Shown here: in pieces, positions 16,758-26,500 of the stretch | How positions within the stretch are numbered: position 1 is the first letter of the stretch | Layout: the number at the start of each line of letters is the position of its first letter | Notes under the pieces: generated by a model | What the model was told of the DNA's origin: nothing | What the model saw: only the letters and a program-made list of their open reading frames with translations | The model's database searches: none | Position numbers and translations under genes: made by a program | NCBI GenBank assembly: GCA_028286685.1 | Contig: JAQBRA010000006.1 | Location: forward strand, 1,993 to 65,992 | Length of the DNA: 64,000 nt | Reading direction: 5' to 3' | DNA from: Candidatus Adlerbacteria bacterium | GTDB lineage: Bacteria > Patescibacteriota > Minisyncoccia > Phycocordibacterales > SBAW01

Positions 16758-19700
16758 ATGGCGACGCCTAAAGTCAAGAAGCGCAACGGTTCCATCGCAG
16801 ATTTCGAGCCGGCCAAGATCACCGTTGCCGTACAAAAGGCGTTTGCCGCAGTAACCGGGGACAGCCACGACCAGGACGCCATCGCCATCACCAAAGTGGT
16901 GGTCGATACGCTCGAGGCCAAGTTCGGCAACACGGCGTTTGTCCCGACCGTGGAGGACGTGCAGGACCTGGTGGAGATGGCGCTTATGGAGCGCAGCTAC
17001 TTCGGGGTTGCCAAGGACTACATCATTTACCGCTACGAGCACTCCAAGGCCCGCGAGGAGAAGCGCGAGGAGATCGCCGAGCTGATAGAGGAGAACGCCC
17101 TTTTTATCACCAAGCGCGACGATACCCGCGAGCACTTTAGCGAGACCAAACTCACCCGCTCCCTAATGTTCGCTTCGGTGGGCTACGAGACTATCATCGA
17201 CACCCCGGCAGTTATCGCCCGCGTGCGCCAGGAAATGTACGACGGCATCAAGACCAAGGACATCCATGATGTCCTTATCATGGTGACCCGCTCGATGATC
17301 GAGCGCGACCCGGCCTACTCCTACGTAGCCGCGCGGCTCCTCCTACAGCACATGTACCGCGACGCCATCGGCGAAATAAGCGACTTTACGAAGCTCGAGG
17401 ACGAGCACAAGGCCGCCTTTGCCCGCAATATTGCGCGCGGCGTAGAGGTCGGCTGGTTTGATCCTGAGATGCTCACGTTTAACCTGCAGAAGCTTGCTGA
17501 GTCCCTGGTTATCGAGCGCGACCATGACTTTAAGTACCTCGGCCTCCAGACGCTCCACGCCAACTACCTCTCCAAGGAGCACAAGACCCGCAAGCTCCTG
17601 GAGACCCCGCAGATGTTCTGGATGCGCGTAGCCATGGGCTGCGCCTTGGCGGAGAAGACCCCCGAGCTGCGCGAGTCGCAGGCTATCGAGTTCTACGAGA
17701 TCATGTCGGCCATGTACTACATGCCGTCCTCCCCGACCCTCTACCACGCGGGCACGACCGTGCCGCAACTCTCCTCGTGCTTCCTCTCGACCGTTCCGGA
17801 CGACCTGCACTCCATCTTTGACGAGTACAAGGATGGCGCACAGCTTTTGAAGTACGCAGGCGGCCTCGGCGTCGACTGGTCCTACATCCGCGCCGCAGGC
17901 TCTTTGGTTTCCAAAACCGGCGTTGAGAGCCAGGGCGTAGTTCCCTTCCTGCGCATCGAGAACGACGTCACCATCTCCATTAACCGCTCGGGACGACGCC
18001 GCGGCGCAACCGCCGTGTACCTGGAGTACTGGCACCTCGAAATTGAGGACTTCATGGAGCTGCGCAAGAACACCGGCGACGAGCGCCGCCGCGCCCATGA
18101 CCTCAACACCGCCACCTGGATTCCGGACCTCTTTATGAAGCGCCTCAAGGAGGACGGCCAGTGGACCCTCTTTAGCCCCTCAGACACCCCCGACCTCCAC
18201 GACCTCTACGGCCGCCGCTTTGACGAGGCCTACGAGCGCTACGAGAAGCTCGCGGCCGAGGGCCAGATCAAGCACCACAAGGTTTTGAAGGCTTCAGATC
18301 TCTGGCGCAAGCACATCACCATGCTCTTCGAAAGCGGTCACCCGTGGATTACCTGGAAGGACCCGTGCAACGTCCGCAGCCCTCAAGACCACGTGGGCGT
18401 CGTGCACTCCTCAAACCTCTGCACCGAGATCACCCTCAACACCTCGGCAACCGAGACCGCCGTATGCAACCTAGGCTCGCTTAACTTGGGTGCGTTTGTA
18501 ACCACTGGAGCGAAGTTCGACCGCGACCTCGTGGCGCGCGTAGTGCCGGTTGCCATGCGCATGCTCGACAACGTCATCGATGTTAACTTCTACCCTACGG
18601 AGAAGACCAAGAACTCCAACATGCGCCACCGCCCGGTTGGCTTGGGCCTGCGCGGCCTTATGGATGCGCTCTACAAGATGGGCATCAACTTCGACACCGA
18701 TGAGGCGGTCAAGTTCAGCGACGAGAGCCAGGAGGTCATTTCCTACCACTGCATCCTCTCTTCCTCGCTTCTGGCCAAGGAGCGCGGCACCTACGAGACC
18801 TACAAGGGCTCCAAGTGGGACCGCGGGATCCTGCCGCAGGACACTATCGCCCTTTTGGAGGCCGAGCGCGGCCTGAAAATTGACGTGCCGCGCCACGAGA
18901 CTTTGGACTGGCGCTTGGTGCGCGAGGCGGTCCGCAGCTGGGGTATGCGCAACTCAAACACCCAGGCCCATGCGCCAACCGCAACCACGGCCAACATCGC
19001 CGGCTGCTACCCTACCGTGGAGCCGATCTACAAGAACATCTACGTGAAGTCCAACATGGCCGGCGACTTCATGATCGTCAACGAGTTTTTGGTGGAAGAC
19101 CTCAAGAAGCTCGGGCTCTGGAGCCAGGACATGCTCGAAAAGATCAAGTTCCACGATGGCTCGGTCCAGCAGATCCAGGAGATCCCGCCGGGCATCCGCG
19201 AAAAGTACAAGGAAGTGTTCGAGATGGAGCCGCAGTGGCTCATTAAGGCCGCCGCCTACCGCGGCCGTTGGATCGACCAATCGCAGTCCCTTAACATCTT
19301 CTACGGCGGCACCTCGGGCCGCGTACTCTCGGAAATCTACCAGTACGCCTGGAACATGGGTCTTAAGACCACCTACTACCTGCGCACCATGGGTGCCTCG
19401 CGCGTCGAGAAGTCGACCCTGGACATGGGCAAGCACGGCGCGACTTCCAGCAAGGATGCCGGCGTCGCCTCAGGCCCTGTAGCCTCGAGCGTGGTCATAC
19501 AAGAGACCGTAACCGTTGCAAGCCAAGACAGCCTGATGGCCCAGGCCATGCATGCCAACACTGCTGCCGAGGCCGTGGCCATGATGACGGTCGGCGAGGT
19601 TGTGGCGGACGTAGAGGCTGCCCTGATAGATGCAGGCCAGATGGAGCTCATAGAGGCCGCCAAGAAGGCTCCGTACGCCGCAGGATCGATGTTTGAGGCT

Positions 19701-19823
19701 CCGGTCGCCTCCCCGCTCGGCGGATCAACCGGCGTTCCCTCCTTTGGCGGTGAAAAGGTAGCTGTTACCAATCGCCCCAAGCTCGAGGTCCTCTCCGAGC
19801 CGTGCGAGTCCTGCAGCGCGTAA
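16758..19823 (+). CDS. nrdA: ribonucleoside-diphosphate reductase class I alpha subunit with N-terminal ATP-cone
   Basis: ATP-cone (VKKRNGSIADFEPAKITVAVQKAF), RNR large-subunit core (radical-site NLCTEI, PTATTANIAG) and a C-terminal CESC redox pair. 1021 aa with an Ala/Gly/Val-rich C-terminal extension. Confidence 0.9.
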   Translation: MATPKVKKRNGSIADFEPAKITVAVQKAFAAVTGDSHDQDAIAITKVVVDTLEAKFGNTAFVPTVEDVQDLVEMALMERSYFGVAKDYIIYRYEHSKAREEKREEIAELIEENALFITKRDDTREHFSETKLTRSLMFASVGYETIIDTPAVIARVRQEMYDGIKTKDIHDVLIMVTRSMIERDPAYSYVAARLLLQHMYRDAIGEISDFTKLEDEHKAAFARNIARGVEVGWFDPEMLTFNLQKLAESLVIERDHDFKYLGLQTLHANYLSKEHKTRKLLETPQMFWMRVAMGCALAEKTPELRESQAIEFYEIMSAMYYMPSSPTLYHAGTTVPQLSSCFLSTVPDDLHSIFDEYKDGAQLLKYAGGLGVDWSYIRAAGSLVSKTGVESQGVVPFLRIENDVTISINRSGRRRGATAVYLEYWHLEIEDFMELRKNTGDERRRAHDLNTATWIPDLFMKRLKEDGQWTLFSPSDTPDLHDLYGRRFDEAYERYEKLAAEGQIKHHKVLKASDLWRKHITMLFESGHPWITWKDPCNVRSPQDHVGVVHSSNLCTEITLNTSATETAVCNLGSLNLGAFVTTGAKFDRDLVARVVPVAMRMLDNVIDVNFYPTEKTKNSNMRHRPVGLGLRGLMDALYKMGINFDTDEAVKFSDESQEVISYHCILSSSLLAKERGTYETYKGSKWDRGILPQDTIALLEAERGLKIDVPRHETLDWRLVREAVRSWGMRNSNTQAHAPTATTANIAGCYPTVEPIYKNIYVKSNMAGDFMIVNEFLVEDLKKLGLWSQDMLEKIKFHDGSVQQIQEIPPGIREKYKEVFEMEPQWLIKAAAYRGRWIDQSQSLNIFYGGTSGRVLSEIYQYAWNMGLKTTYYLRTMGASRVEKSTLDMGKHGATSSKDAGVASGPVASSVVIQETVTVASQDSLMAQAMHANTAAEAVAMMTVGEVVADVEAALIDAGQMELIEAAKKAPYAAGSMFEAPVASPLGGSTGVPSFGGEKVAVTNRPKLEVLSEPCESCSA

Positions 19824-19833
19824 GACTTGTTCT

Positions 19834-20121
19834 TTGAAATATGCGGCTGCTACAAATAGCAACCTTATGTTAAACAAAAGCGAAGGACCCACTAAAATAT
19901 TCATAGAATCTGGGCAGACAAGAATTATTGACGGCATGTTCTACCTGGAGCTTCAGTCGGGTTCTGAAAAGTACGCATTTGCGATACCTCTTCCTATGGC
20001 TAAAGCTCTAGGTCCCGCAATAGCAAAACAAGTTGAAGAGATAGAAAGGCAAACGGGGCAAAAATTCGACGGCGGTACGACCACTGAAACTATACCTAGC
20101 CCTTGGTCGCCGATAAAGTAA
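19834..20121 (+). CDS. hypothetical protein (in AT-richer insert between nrdA and nrdB)
   Basis: 95-aa ORF starting 8 nt after the nrdA stop; its composition is visibly lower in GC than its neighbours, and it has no recognisable domain. Confidence 0.3.
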   Translation: MKYAAATNSNLMLNKSEGPTKIFIESGQTRIIDGMFYLELQSGSEKYAFAIPLPMAKALGPAIAKQVEEIERQTGQKFDGGTTTETIPSPWSPIK

Positions 20122-20322
20122 AAACATTCGAGGTTTCTCAGAGAACGTGCGGTCACCGACTGAAATCAGATAGATTGCCCTCTCAGAAAGAGACGACCTA
20201 AATCGTGCTGGGGCTTGTAATGTATAAAAAATTAATAGCAGCAGCCGCAGATTCAAAGAGCAAAAAGAAAAGGCCCCGAGCTTGCGAAAGACGGGGTCTT
20301 TTCGCTCGCTCGAGGCGCTTGA

Positions 20323-20730
20323 TTATGCGGTCGGGACTGTCCAAACCTTGTCCGAATAGTCCCAGCCAACGAAGTCGTTGCCGAACTTCCGCTTGAGCTG
20401 GTCGGTCATGGCGTGAAAGAACTGCGGCGAAGTCTTGCTGCACAGTGCCACCTGGAAGCCGATGCCCCACTGCTTGTCGGAGCATTGGCGCACGCTGAGC
20501 CCCTCGTACCGCACGCCATGTGCGCGCGATCGCCACTCAAGCGCAAGCTCGAGAAGTTCCTCGCTGGAAACCTTGTCCATATTGAACTTCCAGATTCCGG
20601 CCACAATACCAGGAGTTGGGCCAGTGCCGGTGTCACGTTCCGTGCTGCTCATGTCGTCCTCCAATGAACTGAAGTGGATTGAAAAGTACAGCGGATGCCG
20701 TACAGTATTAATTGTACTCTTTTTAGGCAT
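20323..20730 (-). CDS. hypothetical protein (antisense-oriented ORF inside the nrdA-nrdB spacer)
   Basis: 135-aa ORF with an ATG start; no domain recognised. A downstream in-frame Met (MSSTERD) is an alternative start. Confidence 0.3.
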   Translation of the reverse strand: MPKKSTINTVRHPLYFSIHFSSLEDDMSSTERDTGTGPTPGIVAGIWKFNMDKVSSEELLELALEWRSRAHGVRYEGLSVRQCSDKQWGIGFQVALCSKTSPQFFHAMTDQLKRKFGNDFVGWDYSDKVWTVPTA

Positions 20731-20843
20731 TTTGTCAACCCCCTACCGCAGCCCTGCAAACCGTTTCTCTATGCCTAATCCCCTTGCCCCGACCCCTACC
20801 GCTTGGGTAAAATAAGGGTTCCTCATTAGCTAATATATACCGT

Positions 20844-21836
20844 ATGGGAGTAATAAACGGCGGCAGCAACACGGACCCCAACAAGATACTTCCGATGAAG
20901 TACCAGTGGGCGCGCGTCCACTACAAGAAGGGCGTCGCCAACAACTGGGTGCCTGAGGAAGTCTCCATGCAGCAGGACGTCGAGCTTTGGAAGAAGCCCG
21001 GGGCACTCAGCGAGGACGAGCGCCGCATGATCATGTGGAACTTGGGCTTTTTCTCGACCGCCGAGTCTTTGACCGCCAACAACCTCGTCTTGGCGATCTA
21101 CAAGCACATCACCAACCCCGAGTGCCGCCAGTACCTCCTGCGCCAGGCATACGAGGAGGCCGTGCACACCGACACGTTCATCTACTGCTGCGACACGCTC
21201 GGCCTCAACCCCGACGAGGTCTACAAGATGTACGAGACCATCCCCTCCATCAAGGAGAAGGACGAGTACGTCGTTAACCTGACCAAGTCGGTATTCGATC
21301 CGAACTTCAACACCCAGGGCACCGAGAATATCCAGAAGTTCGTGCACGACCTGGTGGGCTTCTACGTCATCATGGAAGGCATCTTCTTTTACGCCGGCTT
21401 TGCCATGATGCTCTCGATGCTCCGCAAGAACCGCATGGTCGGCATCGGCGAGCAGTTCCAGTTTATTTTGCGCGACGAGTCGGTGCACCTGGCCTTCGGC
21501 GCGGACCTCATCAACACGATAGTGCAGGAAAATCCCGAGATCTGGACGCCCCAATTCAAACAGGAGCTGACTGACAACATCAAGCGCGCCGTCGAGCTCG
21601 AGAAGAAGTATGCCGACGACGCCCTGCCGCGCGGCGTGGTGGGCCTGGTGCCTTCTACCGTTAAGCAGTACGTCGAGCATGTGGCCGACCGCCGCCTGGA
21701 GCGCATCGGCTTGGAGCGCCAATACCACAAGGACAACCCGTTCCCCTGGATGAGCGAGATCATGGACATGCCCAAGGAAAAGAACTTCTTTGAGACCCGG
21801 GTCACCGAGTACAAGACCGGCGAACTCGACTGGTAG
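20844..21836 (+). CDS. nrdB: ribonucleoside-diphosphate reductase class I beta subunit (R2, di-iron / tyrosyl radical)
   Basis: Ferritin-like iron ligands in EEAVHTDTF and ESVHLAFG contexts, plus a C-terminal tail of the kind used for R1 binding. Confidence 0.9.
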   Translation: MGVINGGSNTDPNKILPMKYQWARVHYKKGVANNWVPEEVSMQQDVELWKKPGALSEDERRMIMWNLGFFSTAESLTANNLVLAIYKHITNPECRQYLLRQAYEEAVHTDTFIYCCDTLGLNPDEVYKMYETIPSIKEKDEYVVNLTKSVFDPNFNTQGTENIQKFVHDLVGFYVIMEGIFFYAGFAMMLSMLRKNRMVGIGEQFQFILRDESVHLAFGADLINTIVQENPEIWTPQFKQELTDNIKRAVELEKKYADDALPRGVVGLVPSTVKQYVEHVADRRLERIGLERQYHKDNPFPWMSEIMDMPKEKNFFETRVTEYKTGELDW

Positions 21837-21857
21837 TATCCCTTACATACAAACAAT

Positions 21858-21900
21858 AATGACCCGCCGGGAATTCCCGGCGGGTCATTTTATTACTTTA
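21858..21900. terminator. bidirectional rho-independent terminator
   Basis: aatgacccgccggg-aatt-cccggcgggtcatt followed by ttattactttattt. Confidence 0.7.
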
Positions 21901-22416
21901 TTTCTTCCTGCATCTGCTCCGGTTCGTTATGGACCAGACCCTGATAGGCCATGTCGCCGAGCCAGAAAATCAGCATCCAAATCACCAAGGATGCGAGCAG
22001 GCCGTTGCGTAATGCTTTCTGAGACATTCCAACCTCTCTTGCCGTTTCTGCCGCCCATAATACCATAACCGATATAAATGTAAAGCCCCCGCGACTTGCG
22101 CGGGGGTTATAACAAGACAGAGCACGCTCTGCCAATAGCACCAGAGGGCTCCCAAAAACGAAGCGAATTCCTCCGCGTAGGGCAGCGCAAAATCGTAGCC
22201 GATCGAGTCCGGTTTGCCCGCACAGGGGCTCGAGCCGTAAAAGAGCGCGCCTATAAATACGCCCGCCAGGCAAAAGCCCGATAGAGCCAATGCAAAGGCC
22301 GTTAGATAGCGATACATCCTTCCCTCCCTCTCTAAGCGAGACTATAGCACGACCTATGCAAAGGAAAAGCCCGCCAAAATCCGAAGATTTGGCGGGCTGA
22401 ATGAAGGGCTGCGCAT

Positions 22417-22860
22417 TTAGATCAAGCGGCCTCCTTGTTGCAAGGCATCGGCGGTACGGGCATAGCCCTTGTCCCGCAAATGGTTGCCCAAGTGTTTGGC
22501 GCCGAATTTGGCGACCAAGCGGGTTCCTTTATGGATCGCTGACTTAGTGTCTGGGTCGAGGCCTTGGTAGGCTTTGGCCGCCTTTTGTACACCCACCGCC
22601 GCATAGTGGACCGGCGCTGGCGAGACCTGCCGGCTTGTGGCGAAACTAAACGCCACCGCTCCGATAATCCCGAACAGCGAAAGTAGAACCGCGAGCAGCA
22701 AGTATACAGGCTCCTGTTTGCTGAGCGATACGATAATCAGCACCTGAGCGCTGAGCATCATCACCGCCAAGCAAACTATCGCTCGAGTGATCCGGCAACG
22801 GCCCAACAGCCAGCCGACAACCAGGACAACGATCGGCAGATAGACAAACATGATTCGCAT
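22417..22860 (-). CDS. hypothetical membrane protein
   Basis: 147 aa with three hydrophobic helices at the N-terminus and a basic C-terminal tail; ATG start. Confidence 0.4.
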   Translation of the reverse strand: MRIMFVYLPIVVLVVGWLLGRCRITRAIVCLAVMMLSAQVLIIVSLSKQEPVYLLLAVLLSLFGIIGAVAFSFATSRQVSPAPVHYAAVGVQKAAKAYQGLDPDTKSAIHKGTRLVAKFGAKHLGNHLRDKGYARTADALQQGGRLI

Positions 22861-22943
22861 CTGTTTTCTCCAGAACTCAAAGGTGCAGGGTTCTTATCTA
22901 TTATACTCTTTTTATTCAAATTGTCAATAGCCTACAGGAGCTC

Positions 22944-23762
22944 CTATTTTAGGCTCTTTTCAACCCTAAACTCCCCTGCTTGGGTACGAAGGATGTGGAG
23001 TGCCAGGGCCGGGATGCCTAGGTCTTTGCCCAGCCCGTGGGCTATGGAACGGGCGTAGGTGCCCGAGGAGCAGGCGATTTTTATAGAGGCGCACGAGAAC
23101 TCGCGCGTGCCCTTCTGCTTGAGGTTCTTCTTCCAGGTCTCCAAAATCTCCTCTTGGCGGAAGTCGCCACCCACTTTGGCGATACTGTCCTCGATATAGC
23201 TGAGGAGCTGGGGCTCCTTAACCTTGTAGAGCTTATCAATGTCGATATGGTAAATGGTTACGTTGCGGCTCGGCAGCAATATGGAGGAAAGCGCATTGTT
23301 GCGCGCCCACTCAAACAAGGACTTGCCCTCGACGGTTTTGGACGAGTACGGCGGGTACTCCTGCGACTGCGCGCCCCGAAATTCGTTGAGCGCCTGCTGC
23401 AGGTCTTTTTTGGTGAGCGCCGAGGCGTCGCCCGTTTCCATCACCCGGCCCAAGATGTCGTAGGTGTCCGTGGAAAAGCCAAAGAGTATGTCGAGCACGT
23501 ACTCTTTGGAAAGATCGAGGTACGTGTCGCGGCGCTTGTTGGCCGAGCCTACCAGGCACAAGAGGACCCCCTCGGCCATAGGGTCGAGCCTGCCGGCATA
23601 GGAAAGGACTTCGTGGGCGTAGTGGGGCTTCTCAAGGCGCAGGCGCTCGAGCCGCTCGCGGGGGGTCTCGCCGAGCTTTTTGTAGAGATTAAGGACCTGT
23701 CCAGCCGTGTTCCTTTTGATGTGTATGTCTTTCGGATCTGCCATGGCGGGGTTGTCTGACAT
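22944..23762 (-). CDS. truB: tRNA pseudouridine synthase, TruB family
   Basis: Catalytic-Asp motif GRLDPMAEGVLLCLVGSANK (TruB consensus G-T-LDP-A-GVL) with a PUA-less compact C-terminus. Start taken at an internal ATG (MSDNPAMADP), 50 nt from the divergent hisS. Confidence 0.6.
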   Translation of the reverse strand: MSDNPAMADPKDIHIKRNTAGQVLNLYKKLGETPRERLERLRLEKPHYAHEVLSYAGRLDPMAEGVLLCLVGSANKRRDTYLDLSKEYVLDILFGFSTDTYDILGRVMETGDASALTKKDLQQALNEFRGAQSQEYPPYSSKTVEGKSLFEWARNNALSSILLPSRNVTIYHIDIDKLYKVKEPQLLSYIEDSIAKVGGDFRQEEILETWKKNLKQKGTREFSCASIKIACSSGTYARSIAHGLGKDLGIPALALHILRTQAGEFRVEKSLK

Positions 23763-23811
23763 AGAGGATCTATATCTGTTAGAATACACGCAAGCCCCCG
23801 AATATCCAAAA

Positions 23812-25077
23812 ATGGAACCTGAAAACCGCATAAAGACCAAAAAGCTCCCGACCGAACCCTACAAGGGCGTGCGCGACTTCTACCCCGAGCAATACGCCTC
23901 GCTCAAGTACATTTTTGACACCTGGCGCAGTGTTGTGGAAAAGATTGGCTATGTCGAGTATGAGGCCTCCATCCTCGAGCCTTCGGAGCTCTACCGCACC
24001 AAAGGCTCGGAAAACGAGGAGATGGTTAATGAGCAAACCTATACGTTTGTGGACCGCGGCGAGCGCGAGGTAACCTTGCGCCCTGAGATGACCCCGACGG
24101 TGGCGCGCATGGTCGCGGGCAAGCGCCGCGAGCTCGGCTTCCCGTTGCGCTACTACTCTATCCCCAACTGCTTCCGCTATGAGCGCATGCAGCGCGGCCG
24201 CCTGCGCGAGTTCTGGCAGCTCAACGTCGACCTGTTTGGATCGCGCTCGACCGCTGCCGATGCCGAAATTTTAGCGGTGTCCTACGGCATCATGATGGCC
24301 TTTGGCGCCACTGAAAGCGACTTCGTTATAAAAGTTGGAAGCCGCAGCGCCATTAACGGTCTCGTGGCCGAGCTCGGGCTTTCCGAAGAAACCACCAAAA
24401 AGCTCTTTGCCCTTTTGGACCGCAAGGCCAAGATGCCGGGCGAGGAGTTTAGTCATGCGCTCTCGGACCTTTCAGTCCCCGAGAGCCGACTGTTTGACCA
24501 TGAGCCGCCGGAGGAGATTTCCAAGATGCTCGAGCAGTTTAAAGACGCCGGGATAAACAACATCGTCTACGATCCTTCTGTCGTGCGCGGATTCGCCTAC
24601 TACAGCGGCATGGTGTTCGAGGTGTTCGACACGCACCCGGAGAATAACCGCGCCCTCTTTGGCGGCGGGCGCTATGACAACTTAACCCAGCTGTTTGACG
24701 ACGAGCCTTTGCCCGGCGTGGGCTTTGGCATGGGCGACGAGACCATACGCCTCTTTATGGAGGTGCGCGGGCTCATACCGCCCTACAAGTCGCCTACCCA
24801 TGTCTATCTGGCTACGCCGGCTCCCGAGATGGCCTACGAACTGCAGACCTTTGCCGGCGAGCTCCGGCGCGCCGGCGTCAATGTGGCGGTGGACTTCGGC
24901 GAGAAGAAACTGGGCGACCAGATAAAGACCGCCGCCAAGCACAAGATTGCCTGGCTCATGGTGGTAGGCCCCGATGAGCTTGAGCGCGGGCAGTTTACCG
25001 CCCGCAACCTCGAGACCGGCCACGAGGAGACCCTGGCCCGCGAGCAATTACCGGATTTCTTCCTCAATCAGCAATAA
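23812..25077 (+). CDS. hisS: histidyl-tRNA synthetase
   Basis: Class II aaRS motifs (YRYERMQRGRLREFWQ, GGGRYD) and a C-terminal anticodon-binding domain. Start moved to ATG 23812 (MEPENRIK...). Confidence 0.9.
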   Translation: MEPENRIKTKKLPTEPYKGVRDFYPEQYASLKYIFDTWRSVVEKIGYVEYEASILEPSELYRTKGSENEEMVNEQTYTFVDRGEREVTLRPEMTPTVARMVAGKRRELGFPLRYYSIPNCFRYERMQRGRLREFWQLNVDLFGSRSTAADAEILAVSYGIMMAFGATESDFVIKVGSRSAINGLVAELGLSEETTKKLFALLDRKAKMPGEEFSHALSDLSVPESRLFDHEPPEEISKMLEQFKDAGINNIVYDPSVVRGFAYYSGMVFEVFDTHPENNRALFGGGRYDNLTQLFDDEPLPGVGFGMGDETIRLFMEVRGLIPPYKSPTHVYLATPAPEMAYELQTFAGELRRAGVNVAVDFGEKKLGDQIKTAAKHKIAWLMVVGPDELERGQFTARNLETGHEETLAREQLPDFFLNQQ

Positions 25078-25079
25078 TC

Positions 25080-25652
25080 ATGCGCCGCATTACGTTCGAT
25101 ATCGAGACCGAGGGCGCATTTCTGGGCAACGGAGACTTCAGCAATCTGGAGGTAACGGTGGTGGGCGTCTACGACTCGGACACTAAAAAGCTTACCGGCT
25201 ACTACAAGGAGGACCTGCCCAAGCTCTGGCCCCTGTTTGAGTCAGCAGACGTGCTTGTAGGATACAACAGCGACCACTTCGATATCCCGATACTCAACAA
25301 GTACTACGCGGGCGACCTGACGAAATTCAAAAGCCTCGACCTGCTAAAGGAAATAAAGGGCGTGCTCGGCCGCCGCTTAAAGCTCGACAGCATCGCCGAG
25401 GCGACCCTGGGCCGCAAAAAGACCGGTCACGGGCTAGAGGCCGTAGAGTGGTGGAAGCAGGGGCTTAAAGAAAAGGTCATGCAGTACTGCCTGGACGATG
25501 TGGCCATTACTGATGAGCTGTACCGCTACGCCCTGAAGCATAAAAAACTCAAGTACAAGGACTACGACGGCGTCCGCGAGATAAAGCTGGACACGAGTAA
25601 ATGGGAAGAAACCGGCGACGCCCCGGCCCTCAACCACACGCTCCCCTTCTAA
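25080..25652 (+). CDS. DEDD-family 3'-5' exonuclease (RNase H-like fold)
   Basis: Exo I FDIETEG, Exo II YNSDHFDIPIL and Exo III YCLDDVAITDELY. Starts 3 nt after the hisS stop. Confidence 0.65.
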   Translation: MRRITFDIETEGAFLGNGDFSNLEVTVVGVYDSDTKKLTGYYKEDLPKLWPLFESADVLVGYNSDHFDIPILNKYYAGDLTKFKSLDLLKEIKGVLGRRLKLDSIAEATLGRKKTGHGLEAVEWWKQGLKEKVMQYCLDDVAITDELYRYALKHKKLKYKDYDGVREIKLDTSKWEETGDAPALNHTLPF

Positions 25653-25719
25653 TTCCGCATTCTAAATGCAGTCGGTCAAGGGTGTTGTCTTGCCCCGGTT
25701 AGGGGTAAAATGAAGACAT

Positions 25720-26445
25720 ATGAATAGAAATTACGCGCTGCCTATTACTATCGTCGTTGCAGGAGTATTAATCGCAGGAGCGGTCTTCTGGTCGGGCAAG
25801 TCCTCGACCGCTACGCCGGGAGCCGACAGCAACCCGCAGAACGTGCGCGCCTACACCCCGGGCACTGACCACGTCCTGGGCAATCCGGACGCTCCCGTTA
25901 AGGTCATTGAGTACTACGACCTGGAGTGCCCGCACTGCAAGCTCTTTAACACCACGATGCACCAGATCATGGATTACTACGGCGCCTCCGGCAAAGTAGC
26001 CTGGATCTCGCGTCCGTTCCCCTTGGCCCAGATCCACTCCAAGGCCCCCAAGGAGGCCGAGGCGGCCGAGTGCGCAGCCGAGCAGGGCGGCGACACTGCC
26101 TACTACGCGTTTGTGGACAAGGTGTTCGAGGTAACGCCGAGCGATAACGGGCTTGATCTGGCCCAGCTCCCCACTATTGCGGGCCAGATAGGGCTCAATG
26201 TCGACACCTTTACCGCCTGCCTCAGCTCCGGCAAGTACGCCAAAAAGATCCTCGACAGCTACCAGGAGGCCGTTAAGGCCGGCGGCCAGGGCACGCCGTA
26301 CACGCTCATTATGGTCGGCGACGAATCGGTAGCGCTTTCCGGCGCCCAGCCGTACAACTCGATGCGCGCAGCGATAGACGCCGTCCTCTCCTCGCTCCCC
26401 GGCGGTGCAACTATCAACGCAGGAGCCACTACCACAACTCAATAA
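25720..26445 (+). CDS. DsbA-like thiol:disulfide oxidoreductase (thioredoxin fold), membrane-anchored/secreted
   Basis: N-terminal TM or signal sequence and the CPHC active site within a thioredoxin-fold context. Confidence 0.75.
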   Translation: MNRNYALPITIVVAGVLIAGAVFWSGKSSTATPGADSNPQNVRAYTPGTDHVLGNPDAPVKVIEYYDLECPHCKLFNTTMHQIMDYYGASGKVAWISRPFPLAQIHSKAPKEAEAAECAAEQGGDTAYYAFVDKVFEVTPSDNGLDLAQLPTIAGQIGLNVDTFTACLSSGKYAKKILDSYQEAVKAGGQGTPYTLIMVGDESVALSGAQPYNSMRAAIDAVLSSLPGGATINAGATTTTQ

Positions 26446-26469
26446 AGATCTAGGGCGGTCCTAGATAGC

Positions 26470-26500
26470 AAAACCCCCGGAATCCCGGGGGTTTTGCTTA
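26470..26500. terminator. bidirectional rho-independent terminator
   Basis: aaaacccccgg-aat-cccgggggtttt followed by gcttatt. Confidence 0.7.

Noticed and set aside
20826-21728. 300-aa minus-strand ORF
   Set aside because: Antisense to nrdB, which has unambiguous R2 motifs.
21893-22317. Two overlapping minus-strand ORFs (126 and 111 aa) after nrdB
   Set aside because: They overlap in different frames. Each has a plausible hydrophobic segment, but I cannot decide which (if either) is real without conservation data, so neither is reported as a feature.
23037-23759. 240-aa + strand ORF
   Set aside because: Antisense to truB.
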